Shown here in pieces: positions 10,855 to 19,967 of a stretch of 64,000 nt of DNA. The position numbers were made by a program, and so were the translations under genes. The DNA is taken from assembly GCA_016931955.1 (NCBI GenBank), contig JAFGDV010000012.1:50255-114254 (forward strand). The letters run 5' to 3'. The stretch is from Candidatus Altiarchaeota archaeon. Lineage in GTDB: Archaea > Altiarchaeota > Altiarchaeia > IMC4 > QMZM01. The notes beneath the pieces were generated by a model. That model had not been told where the DNA came from and made no database searches. It saw only the letters and a list, made by a program, of their open reading frames with translations. Every line of letters begins with the position of its first letter. The first letter of the stretch is position 1.

Positions 10855-12180
10855 ATGGACAAAAACACCCTCAGAGCAACAATAATATCACAAAAAAAAG
10901 AAACAAAAAAAATACTAAAACAAGAAAAAATCATAGAAAGAGAACTACAAAAAGAAACAGAAAAACAACTAAAAAACAACCTCATCAAGATCACCACAGG
11001 CGTCAGAAGATGCGGAAAATCAACCCTCGCCCTACAAACACTCCAAGACAAAGAACACGCCTACATCAACTTCGACGACGAAAGACTCTACAAGATCACG
11101 ACAAAAGACCTCGACACAATCCTAGAAACACTATATGAAGTATACGGAAACTTCAAATACCTCCTCCTAGACGAAATACAGAACATACCTGGATGGGAGC
11201 TATACGCAAACAGACTACAAAGACAAGGCCTCAACCTCATAGTAACCGGAAGCAACGCAAAACTACTAAGCAAAGAACTTGCAACACACCTAACAGGAAG
11301 ACACATCACACTTGAACTATACCCCTTCTCCTTCAGAGAATACCTAAGCTACCACAAAATCAGCCCCCAAAAAGAAGACCTACAAATCGCAGAAGGCATC
11401 GGAAAAATCAAAAAACACCTAAGAGACTACATAGAAAAAGGCGGATTCCCCGAAACATACAAAATCAAAGACAACACAAGATACCTAAAAGACCTCTACA
11501 ACTCCATCATAAACCAAGACATCATAAGCAGATACAACATAAAATACGCAAACACGCTAAGAGAGATAATCTCCTACACCATCTCAAACTACGCAAGCCC
11601 AATAACCTACAAAAAAATAAAAAACATATTCGACATAAAAAGCCAACACACAATAAAAAACTACCTCTACTACGCAGAAGAATCATACCTGATAACCCAG
11701 AGCCTACAATACACACACAAAATAAAAGAACAAACACGACTGCCCAAAAAAATCTACGCCATAGACACAGGCCTCATAAAAGCAATAGGATTCAAGGCAT
11801 CAGAAAACACCGGCAGACTAATGGAAAACCTCATCGCAATAGAACTACAGAGAAAAAAAACACAAAACCCCCTCCTAGAAATATACCACTGGAGAGACTA
11901 CCAAAAAAGAGAAGTCGACTTCGCAGTCAAAGAAGGCCTAAAAGTAAAGGAACTAATCCAGGCATGCTACGACATCGAAGACCCAAAAACAAAGGAGAGG
12001 GAAGAAAAAGCATTGATAAAAGCCGGGAAAGAACTCAGATGCAAAAACCTCAAAATAATAACCTGGGACCACGAAGAAACAGGGAGAATAGAGTATATCC
12101 CACTATGGAAGTGGCTGCTGCAGCCGACGGGTTTTGTCCCGGCGACTGAGGAGAATGTAGTGCCTAACCCAACAAATTAG
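10855..12180 (+). CDS. AAA+ ATPase, AAA_14/DUF4143 family (copy 2)
   Basis: GVRRCGKS, LLDEIQ, TGSNA, LTGR, GGFP, YAIDTG, EVDF; start placed at MDKN because the upstream ATG lies inside the palindrome. Confidence 0.9.
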   Translation: MDKNTLRATIISQKKETKKILKQEKIIERELQKETEKQLKNNLIKITTGVRRCGKSTLALQTLQDKEHAYINFDDERLYKITTKDLDTILETLYEVYGNFKYLLLDEIQNIPGWELYANRLQRQGLNLIVTGSNAKLLSKELATHLTGRHITLELYPFSFREYLSYHKISPQKEDLQIAEGIGKIKKHLRDYIEKGGFPETYKIKDNTRYLKDLYNSIINQDIISRYNIKYANTLREIISYTISNYASPITYKKIKNIFDIKSQHTIKNYLYYAEESYLITQSLQYTHKIKEQTRLPKKIYAIDTGLIKAIGFKASENTGRLMENLIAIELQRKKTQNPLLEIYHWRDYQKREVDFAVKEGLKVKELIQACYDIEDPKTKEREEKALIKAGKELRCKNLKIITWDHEETGRIEYIPLWKWLLQPTGFVPATEENVVPNPTN

Positions 12181-12184
12181 GCAC
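12157..12184. repeat. GTAGTGCCTAAC core with inverted partner (GTGCCTAA-N9-TTAGGCAC)
   Basis: Same 12-mer as at 41622, 51826 and 51927. Confidence 0.7.
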
Positions 12185-12219
12185 CAAACCCAAAAAAAAC
12201 ACCCCGAATAGGGGAAAAC

Positions 12220-13542
12220 CTAAGGCAACCCCAATAAAGAGAAAAGCCACGCCGGAATATAATATATTACTATACTATCTGTTCCCCCTCTCCTCAGCTG
12301 ATTCCTCGTCACCAAAACCGCCTCACCTACACCGTATTTTTCGCAGAATTTAGTTAGGCTACGAATGTCTTTCTTGTTAATGTAGGTCTGATACTTGACT
12401 TCGACAGGCAGCAGCCTTTTGTCCGCTAATACAATATCCACCTCATCCTTCTGCGGCGTACGCCAGAAAGATATCTTCTGCAGACTACCCACTATCTGAG
12501 ACTCTATGAGATGACCTGCTATCCCACCACCTTCAAGCATGCTAAAGGGTTGATCCAATAACGCCAACACAATAGATGGGTGGACTATGAACTGTTTCTT
12601 GCTTGCACGCACCTGCTTAGATACGTTGACAGAGTAGTTGTAGGCCACCTTAATCAGAAAAGATTTCTCTAGTAGGCTTACATACTCTGCCGCCTGATTT
12701 CGGTTAATCCTGAGGTTGCCTGCTATGTTCACCAACTCAAAGAGTTGGGCGTTCGCCGCAGCCAGCAGCCTGAGCAATTCGTAGACCACGTTCTCATTCC
12801 CCCTGCTAGCCCGACTTATGTCTTCGACGGTTTTCTCTATCACCGACTCCCGAATATACTTTTTAATGTATTCTTCGTCGTCTTCGTCAAACAGCTCAGG
12901 GAAGGCGCCCCTCTCCAAGTATTGGATGAACAGTTCCATGTATCTAGCCCTATTCGCAGCGAAATGCAGGTCATATTCTCGTATCATGTTTTCGTTCAAG
13001 GCTATCTCGTCCCTAAGACCAAAGTATCTCACAAACTCCCTGAAGGAAAGTACTGGCAGATGAAAGGATAGTATCCTGCCGGCAAGCGTTTCCCTGTATT
13101 TCCTCAGCTCAAGAGACGATGACCCGGAGACAAAAATCTTCAGGTTCTCTTCGGTGTCATAGACAGTCTTAAGGAGATCAGGGAAGTTAGGAAGCTTCTG
13201 CACCTCGTCGAGGAAAAGATACCTCATACCTTTCCCATCAGAAAACTCCAGAAAGTAGTTGATTAGATCCCATGCCACCTCATACCTCTGGAAGTCTATG
13301 TCGTCGAAGGAGATATAGCAGACGTTCTTTTCTTCGGTCTTCACCAGAAGCTTCTTTATCATCTGCTTGAGTAAGACAGTCTTGCCTACGCGCCGCAGAC
13401 CCACGACTGCCAGAATCTGCCTATTTTGACAGTATTTGAGTAGGTCTCCCATGAGGTCTCTCTCAAACTCTGGAGTAGTGAAGTCTTTTTTCTCCCACCA
13501 CGGGTTCTGCCTGAAAAGCAGTCTACTGTGTCTTTCGTCCAT
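12220..13542 (-). CDS. AAA+ ATPase, AAA_14/DUF4143 family (copy 3)
   Basis: NPWW, GLRRVGKT, FLDEVQ, SGSSS, LAGR, GAFP; EVDIV...PVEVK nuclease-like tail. Confidence 0.9.
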   Translation of the reverse strand: MDERHSRLLFRQNPWWEKKDFTTPEFERDLMGDLLKYCQNRQILAVVGLRRVGKTVLLKQMIKKLLVKTEEKNVCYISFDDIDFQRYEVAWDLINYFLEFSDGKGMRYLFLDEVQKLPNFPDLLKTVYDTEENLKIFVSGSSSLELRKYRETLAGRILSFHLPVLSFREFVRYFGLRDEIALNENMIREYDLHFAANRARYMELFIQYLERGAFPELFDEDDEEYIKKYIRESVIEKTVEDISRASRGNENVVYELLRLLAAANAQLFELVNIAGNLRINRNQAAEYVSLLEKSFLIKVAYNYSVNVSKQVRASKKQFIVHPSIVLALLDQPFSMLEGGGIAGHLIESQIVGSLQKISFWRTPQKDEVDIVLADKRLLPVEVKYQTYINKKDIRSLTKFCEKYGVGEAVLVTRNQLRRGGTDSIVIYYIPAWLFSLLGLP

Positions 13543-13576
13543 CGTATTATCTATTAGGAAGAACATCCTTATAAAG

Positions 13577-13631
13577 TTTATGCACTAAAAACGTGCACAA
13601 AATAAAATTTTATGCACAAAAACTGTGCACA
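13577..13631. promoter_or_regulatory. Putative operator: two TGCAC-N7-GTGCA palindromes 32 bp apart
   Basis: tttatgcactaaaaacgtgcaca at 13577 and tttatgcacaaaaactgtgcaca at 13609. Confidence 0.65.
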
Positions 13632-13670
13632 GAATCTAAAAAGCCACAAGATTAAGAACGACGCTATTGA

Positions 13671-13838
13671 TTATCTCCCCAAAAAACCAGGGAAAGCATT
13701 CAAACACTACGAATAAAAAAAGAACTGGAAAAACTGAAACATATAGTCTACATCACAGAAGAAGAAAAAAACTAAAGGCCGAGCTTGCTCTTACCGCCCC
13801 CATGCGGTCGACGAAGGAGATGGAGATGGCCGCAGACC
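13671..13838. repeat. Duplicated junction: relic of the 83-aa ORF tail plus relic copy 3 of the DPM1-like 3' end
   Basis: 13671-13774 aligns with about 15501-15604; 13780-13838 is 56/59 identical to 9212-9270. Confidence 0.85.
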
Positions 13839-13965
13839 CTCAACTGCCCCAGACCCCTTGCCACAGAATCCTCAGACATTATAAGGTACAGATGACAAAA
13901 AACATAGTATTCCATCAGATACAACCAACAATATTTAAACCCAGAAAACAAAAATAAGATAAAAG

Positions 13966-15348
13966 ATGACAATCATCGACTCCCTGAAAGCCCAAAACGA
14001 ATGGTGGAAGACCGGGAAAGTACCCACAGCACTCCTAAAAAAAACCAAAAGAGAAGAATACAAGACAGCAGAAAAACTCCTCAAAGAAGAAAGAATAACC
14101 GCAATAACCGGACCACGCAGAACCGGAAAAACAACCCTCCAATACCAGCTCATACACCACCTCCTCCAAGAAACCGAACCCAACAAGATACTCTACATAT
14201 CCATGGACGACCCATCACTAAGACCCCACACACAAAACCTCCTACAAGAAATACTGGAAACCTACTACAGAGAAATCCTCCTCGAAGAAAAAAGAAACAC
14301 ACAAGTCCACGTCTTCATAGACGAAATACACTTCCACACAAACTGGGAACAATGGCTGAAAAAATACTACGACCAAAGATACCCAATAAAATTCACGATA
14401 ACAAGCTCATCCTCAGCCCACCTATCACAGAAGTCAAAAGAAAGCCTCGTCGGACGAATCATCGAAATACTACTACTCCCCCTAAGCTTCAGAAGCTACC
14501 TCGCCCTCACAGGAAAAAACCAGCTCACAGAACACTACAACAAACTCAGCCTCGAAACAATAGACGCAGACAAAAGATTCCAGCTGCTAAAACACGAAGA
14601 AGAAGCACGGATCATGTTCTCAAAATACCTCCTATACGGAGGACTGCCCGAGTCCATAAAAACAGGAGAAATACACCTATGGCAGGAAAAACTAATATCA
14701 GACGTCCTAAGAAAAGTTATATACAGAGACATCACAGGACTCTACGACGTCAGAACACCCACAAAACTCGAAGACCTCTTCGTCCACCTCACATACAACA
14801 CCAGCAAAACATTCTCATACACCTCCCTCTCCCAAAACCTCGGCATAAGCACAGAAGCCATAATAAACTACACACGCTACCTCCAGGAATCCTACCTCAT
14901 AGGCGAACTACGACTCCACACAAAAAGCATCGAAAAAAGCCTCCGAGCCAACAGAAAATACTTCATAATGGACTGCGGACTACAGAACGCCATAACAAAA
15001 ACCACCGACCTAACCGAAGCCAACACAGGCCCACTAATAGAATCCACAATCGAAAAACACCTCTACGCATACGCCAAAAAAGAAAACCACAACCTACACT
15101 ACTGGAGAGAAAAAGAAGAAGTAGACATAATACTAGACACCAAAAAAAAGACACTACCAATAGAGGTAAAATACAAAAACAAGATAAAAAAAGAAGACAT
15201 GCGAGGACTACTCAAATTCATGGACAAATACAAAACAGACAAAGGATACATGATAACCAAAGACCTCCTCCAAAAACAAAAAATCAACGGAAAAGAAATC
15301 CAACTAATACCAGCATGGCTATTCCTACTAGCAATACCCGCCGCCTAA
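13966..15348 (+). CDS. AAA+ ATPase, AAA_14/DUF4143 family (copy 4)
   Basis: NEWW, GPRRTGKT, FIDEI, LVGR, GGLP; EVDII...PIEVK. Confidence 0.9.
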   Translation: MTIIDSLKAQNEWWKTGKVPTALLKKTKREEYKTAEKLLKEERITAITGPRRTGKTTLQYQLIHHLLQETEPNKILYISMDDPSLRPHTQNLLQEILETYYREILLEEKRNTQVHVFIDEIHFHTNWEQWLKKYYDQRYPIKFTITSSSSAHLSQKSKESLVGRIIEILLLPLSFRSYLALTGKNQLTEHYNKLSLETIDADKRFQLLKHEEEARIMFSKYLLYGGLPESIKTGEIHLWQEKLISDVLRKVIYRDITGLYDVRTPTKLEDLFVHLTYNTSKTFSYTSLSQNLGISTEAIINYTRYLQESYLIGELRLHTKSIEKSLRANRKYFIMDCGLQNAITKTTDLTEANTGPLIESTIEKHLYAYAKKENHNLHYWREKEEVDIILDTKKKTLPIEVKYKNKIKKEDMRGLLKFMDKYKTDKGYMITKDLLQKQKINGKEIQLIPAWLFLLAIPAA

Positions 15349-15601
15349 AAAAAAAAGACTGAGACAACAGCCTGCTTCTTTCCCGCCTGAACATATAAAA
15401 AGATCACTATTAGCATGATCATGGTTATACAATTCAGAAACCAAGTGACTGAACCCTAAGACCTGAAAGAAATAATAGGAAACAACAACGAATCAGCTTA
15501 TAATCTATCCCCAAAAAAAAACCAGGGAAAGCATTCGAACACTACGAATAAAAAAAGATCCAGGAAAAAACCAGCCTGCATCACAGAAGAAGAAAAAAAA
15601 A

Positions 15602-16318
15602 CTACTTCAGATACAGGCGGAGACAATGCCTGACATAGGATAAGTGTTCTCCGAGATTAAGCTTGCTCTTACCGCCCTCTCGGTCAATGAAAGTGATCGG
15701 GACCTCCTTGACTCGGGAATAGCGGCCGCGAACCAGTATTTCTAAGAGGATCTTGAAGCCGACCGGGTTAAGGACGACGCCGTCAATAACTTCTCTGCGG
15801 AAGAAGAAGAAACCAGAGACCGGATCCCTGACAGAGGTGAGGGGGCGAGCCAAGAGGACAGCACCCCGAGAGGTTAGACGACGACGAAGAGGCCAATTCT
15901 GGATACAACCGCCACGGACATAGCGGCTGCCGACGGAGACATCGGCTTCGCCCCGCAAAATAGGAGCCACCAAAGCAGGAATAGCGTCTAGGGGATGAGA
16001 GAAGTCGGCGTCCATGACGCCAAATATGCCGCCCGAAGCCTGAGAGAAGCCGGCGAGGACGGCAGAGGAAAGACCTAATTTGCCGGAGCGGACGATGATT
16101 TTAAGATCGGGGTAAGGGCTTTGAAGAGAACGGACGACTTCGGCGGAGCCATCTGGGCTGTTGTCGTCTACGATGATCAGTTCACCGCGGAGGTCGTTGC
16201 GGGAAAAAACCTTGAAGAAGGCAGGAATAAGCTTGGATAAGTTCTCGCGTTCATTATAGGTGGGTACGACGACTGAGACCCTGGAGTTCTCCAAGGGAGG
16301 GAAAGAAGTCCTATGCAT
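15602..16318 (-). CDS. Polyprenol-phosphate mannosyltransferase (DPM1-like GT2)
   Basis: PTYNERENL, DDNSPDGS, GLSSA, MDADFSH, GSRY, DPVSGFF, FIDR..G.SK. Confidence 0.9.
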   Translation of the reverse strand: MHRTSFPPLENSRVSVVVPTYNERENLSKLIPAFFKVFSRNDLRGELIIVDDNSPDGSAEVVRSLQSPYPDLKIIVRSGKLGLSSAVLAGFSQASGGIFGVMDADFSHPLDAIPALVAPILRGEADVSVGSRYVRGGCIQNWPLRRRLTSRGAVLLARPLTSVRDPVSGFFFFRREVIDGVVLNPVGFKILLEILVRGRYSRVKEVPITFIDREGGKSKLNLGEHLSYVRHCLRLYLK

Positions 16319-16380
16319 GATAAAGGATATAAACAGATACGGAAATAAATAAGTTTGCTGTTATGAGGTGGGGATAATCT

Positions 16381-16442
16381 ACCCACGGATGCAATAGTTA
16401 TGCATAGATATTGTAATAGACTGCAGTATTTGGATACGATAA
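16381..16442. repeat. Orphan degenerate copy of the AAA copy-2 promoter/operator (10779-10840)
   Basis: acccacggatgcaatagttatgcatagatattgtaatagactgcagtattt versus acccacaaatgcaatatttatgcataaatattgcaatagactgcaatattt. Confidence 0.8.
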
Positions 16443-16479
16443 TAAAAGATCACTGAGGGATAATGGGAGGGGCTGCTAG

Positions 16480-16494
16480 GATAGAGGAGTTGAT
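16480..16494 (+). repeat. Left direct repeat GATAGAGGAGTTGAT flanking the AbiE-like pair (right copy 18428-18442)
   Basis: 15-bp exact match within an imperfect match of about 25 bp. Confidence 0.65.
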
Positions 16495-16562
16495 ACCCCA
16501 GTAGTCGTCGAGGACAAAGGAGAAGAAAGCCCCACGCATTTTACGGAACATACACGGTAATG

Positions 16563-16605
16563 TACTAAAAATAGTAAAAAAAATGATATTTTACTAAAAA
16601 TAGTA
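16563..16605. promoter_or_regulatory. Putative antitoxin operator: TACTAAAAATAGTA twice
   Basis: Identical 14-mers (TACTA-N4-TAGTA) at 16563 and 16592, upstream of the wHTH gene. Confidence 0.6.
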
Positions 16606-16633
16606 TTTATAGGTGAAAAACACATAACATAAC

Positions 16634-17476
16634 ATGCTAGAACTGATCTACGGGACAAAAACAAAGACCAGGATACTGGAAGAGCTCGCAACAGCAGGAA
16701 AACCAAAGACCAGAAAAGAACTAATAGAGCTGACAGGATGCGGCACCAGGGGAGTATACGAGCAGACAGAGGAACTAATAACCCTAGGCATAGTCAAAGA
16801 AACCAAGAAAGGCTGGAAAAAACTAGAGCTAAACCCAGAACACCCACTATACCAGGACATCAAAAACACGGCACTCGCAGCAATAGACTACAAAAAAAAC
16901 CTCATAAAAAACCTCCTCCAGACAATAGACCAAATACTAGAAGACGACTACTATATCGGATTCTACACAGCAGCCACAAAAAAAATCACACCAATCGACT
17001 ACACACCAGAGAAACACGTATACAAGGTACTGGACACAGAATACGAAAAAAAAATAAAGAAAATCAAAACATACGACAAACTAAGGGAAATAGACATACA
17101 AAAAGAGAAAAAAGGGTTGATTAAGGCAGTATTCCTAAAATGCCAGAAAATCCCGGAAGACGTGACAAGAGAAGAAATACAAAACCAGGAAGTGTGGATA
17201 GCAAGCACGGAGAGGGGTATAGTAGAATGCTTCACCCCAGAAAACAAATACTTCACCAGATACGGAAGCTGCCTGGCCCTGCTACAAAACAAAATAGAAA
17301 ACACAATAGACGAAAAACAACTACTGAAAATAGCAGGAGAACTCAACATAAAAAAAGAACTAGTTAAAGTCATGGGCAGCTTCAACCACCACCTCAAAAA
17401 AAGACTATTCAACGCAGAACCCAACACAGAAGAGATCAAAGAAGTCAAACAGGCGATAAACACGGTATTAGGATGA
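16634..17476 (+). CDS. wHTH protein, probable AbiEi-like antitoxin
   Basis: N-terminal HTH-like segment; ASTERGIVEC resembles the AbiEi C-terminal motif; overlaps the start of the AbiEii-like gene. Confidence 0.6.
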   Translation: MLELIYGTKTKTRILEELATAGKPKTRKELIELTGCGTRGVYEQTEELITLGIVKETKKGWKKLELNPEHPLYQDIKNTALAAIDYKKNLIKNLLQTIDQILEDDYYIGFYTAATKKITPIDYTPEKHVYKVLDTEYEKKIKKIKTYDKLREIDIQKEKKGLIKAVFLKCQKIPEDVTREEIQNQEVWIASTERGIVECFTPENKYFTRYGSCLALLQNKIENTIDEKQLLKIAGELNIKKELVKVMGSFNHHLKKRLFNAEPNTEEIKEVKQAINTVLG

Positions 17477-18432
17477 AGACAACATACACGACAGAAGAAA
17501 AAGAAGGGATCCTAGGCATAATAGAAACCTGGGGGAGAGAACAGATAACCCAAGACGTCTTCAGAAAAATACAACTACAGACAGGCATACCTTCAGGACT
17601 GATAGAGACAACATTCTGGCACATAGACACACTCTATCAGCTGAAAAAACTCGAAAAACCACCCATATTCAAAGGAGGAACCTGCGTACAATGCTACATC
17701 CCAGCAGGCCTGCAGAGAGCATCAAACGACCTAGACTTCAATTCAAGGATAGCCAACCCAGCCACCATAAGGGAGCAGATAAAAAAACTAAACAAAAAAC
17801 TGCTAAACAAAGGAAACGCCACACAGATAAAAAAATACGGCGAAAGAATAAGCTATGGAACATTCGACTACCAGCTAAAAGACGAAATATCCGGTGTTAT
17901 AACATTCAACAGGAGAATGCCCTCCCGCCTTGGAGAATACGTCAAAGCAGGCGAACTAGAGGTTCAGGCAAAAAACATGAAAATCCAGGTAAACTACAAA
18001 CACGCCTGGATGCCCGCAATAAAGACGATAGACAAAAAACCAAGATTCTTCATACTCGAACACCAAAAAATGAAAGGATTCACCTACCCAAGCTCAAGCC
18101 TGAACGACCTAATCGCCGACAAAATACTTGCAACAACAAAAGAAACGGGGAGAGAACGATTCAAAGACGTATACGACCTGATGACTCTGTTCATGCAAAA
18201 ATACGAGAAAAAACAGATACTCGAGAAACTGGAGAGGATACTGGAGAAGAAAGGGCAACAACCAGAGACCACGATAAAATCCTCGGCAACGAATATCGGG
18301 AGATTCACAGAAAAAAGCCTCGAAGCACAAGGATTCAAAAGCCTCGTATGCAAAGACGGCAGAAAACTCATAGAAAACTGGGAAACCAACTGCTTAAAGC
18401 TAACAGAGAAGATGAACTCGTTGCTGAGATAG
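17473..18432 (+). CDS. AbiEii/AbiGii-family nucleotidyltransferase toxin
   Basis: FKGGT, RASNDLDF, DKILA and RFKDVYDL motifs. Confidence 0.85.
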   Translation: MKTTYTTEEKEGILGIIETWGREQITQDVFRKIQLQTGIPSGLIETTFWHIDTLYQLKKLEKPPIFKGGTCVQCYIPAGLQRASNDLDFNSRIANPATIREQIKKLNKKLLNKGNATQIKKYGERISYGTFDYQLKDEISGVITFNRRMPSRLGEYVKAGELEVQAKNMKIQVNYKHAWMPAIKTIDKKPRFFILEHQKMKGFTYPSSSLNDLIADKILATTKETGRERFKDVYDLMTLFMQKYEKKQILEKLERILEKKGQQPETTIKSSATNIGRFTEKSLEAQGFKSLVCKDGRKLIENWETNCLKLTEKMNSLLR

Positions 18433-18562
18433 AGGAGTTGATCCCATGGAAGACCCCTTGAGGAGGAGGCTTCTCGATTAATCTTGATTAAAGATCTCAT
18501 GGTATAACCTTTAACTTCAATAGGGAGGTAGGGGTAGGGTGATATGCGTATTTATATACTTA

Positions 18563-18601
18563 TGTTCACTATAGTATACAAAATATGAGGAATTTGTTCA
18601 C
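18563..18601. promoter_or_regulatory. Putative operator: TGTTCAC repeated 32 bp apart
   Basis: tgttcac at 18563 and 18595, downstream of TATA-like tttatata. Confidence 0.5.
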
Positions 18602-18609
18602 CGAATAAG

Positions 18610-19896
18610 ATGGAGCACAGAAAAATCATAATACAATGGAAAGAATACACACCACCGAAGACACAACCCAGAGAAGTGAACATCGACCCCACAACAGACT
18701 TCATCACCACAATAACAGGCCCAAGAAGAGCAGGCAAAACATACCTCTGCTACCAGCTAATGAACCACCTAATAGACAAAGGAACCCCCCGAGAAAACAT
18801 CCTATACGTGAACTTCGAAGACGAAAAACTCATAGGGGCTAAAGCAGCAGACCTCGAAAAACTGATGAACACATTCCAAGAACTAACAGACACCAACCCA
18901 GAACACAACACCTACCTCTTCCTCGACGAAATACAGAACGTCAAAGACTGGGACGCATGGATAAGGAGAATACACGACACCCAAAAAAACGTGAAACTAA
19001 TACTCACAGGCTCATCCTCCAAGATGCTAAGCCGAGAAGTCACAACAAAACTACGCGGCAGAATACTAAACCACGAAGTATACCCCCTAAGCTTCAAAGA
19101 ATACCTCACATGGAAAAACACCCCATACAACCTAAAAACACTAACAGAAAGCAGAGACAGAATCGAAGTAAAAAAACAATACAATGAATACCTGACAAAC
19201 GGAGGCTACCCCACAATAGCACTCAACCAAGCACCCAGAGAACAGATACTCCAAAGCTACTACGAATCAATGATATTCAAGGATGTGGTAGAAAGACACA
19301 ACATCAAAGACGTCAAAAAACTGCGCATACTCGCAAAACTACTATTCGAATCCACATCAAAAGAGATGTCCTACAACAGGCTAGCAAACAAACTCAAATC
19401 CCTCGGATTCACAGCAAGCAAAAACACCATAATAGAACACATCAGCCACTTCGAAGACGCATACCTATTCTTCCAGAACATGAAACACGAGTACTCCATC
19501 ACAAAACGGATGGGTGCGATAAAAAAGATCTACTGCATAGACAACGGACTACTCAACACAGTCAGCTTCAAATTCGCAGAAGACACCGGAAAACTGATGG
19601 AAAACCAAGTCTACATAGAACTAAAACGCAGAAACAAACAAGTCTACTACCACAAAGACAAACACGAATGCGACTTCCTCACACAAGAAAAAAACAAGAT
19701 CACATCAGCCATACAAGTAACCCACACACTAAACGACGAAAACGAAGACCGAGAAATAAACGGCCTACTTGAAGCCATGAGAACCCACAACCTACAAGAT
19801 GGAACCATCCTCACCTTCGAACAAGAAGAGACAAGAAAAAAAGACGACAAAACAATACGGATCACACCAGTCTGGAAGTGGCTGCTGGAGACATGA
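18610..19896 (+). CDS. AAA+ ATPase, AAA_14/DUF4143 family (copy 5)
   Basis: GPRRAGKT, FLDEIQ, TGSSS, LRGR, GGYP, YCIDNG, ECDF. Confidence 0.9.
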   Translation: MEHRKIIIQWKEYTPPKTQPREVNIDPTTDFITTITGPRRAGKTYLCYQLMNHLIDKGTPRENILYVNFEDEKLIGAKAADLEKLMNTFQELTDTNPEHNTYLFLDEIQNVKDWDAWIRRIHDTQKNVKLILTGSSSKMLSREVTTKLRGRILNHEVYPLSFKEYLTWKNTPYNLKTLTESRDRIEVKKQYNEYLTNGGYPTIALNQAPREQILQSYYESMIFKDVVERHNIKDVKKLRILAKLLFESTSKEMSYNRLANKLKSLGFTASKNTIIEHISHFEDAYLFFQNMKHEYSITKRMGAIKKIYCIDNGLLNTVSFKFAEDTGKLMENQVYIELKRRNKQVYYHKDKHECDFLTQEKNKITSAIQVTHTLNDENEDREINGLLEAMRTHNLQDGTILTFEQEETRKKDDKTIRITPVWKWLLET

Positions 19897-19967
19897 GATC
19901 GAAAGAAAAACAGACCAGAGAGTATCTTTGTTGACCAAAATTTATAAATAATGGACAACATAGATGT

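Noticed and set aside
9429-15362. Long overlapping alternative-frame ORFs (9429-10529, 14001-15362; likewise 17691-18461)
   Set aside because: Low-complexity R/K/T/P/H translations explained by T depletion removing stop codons.
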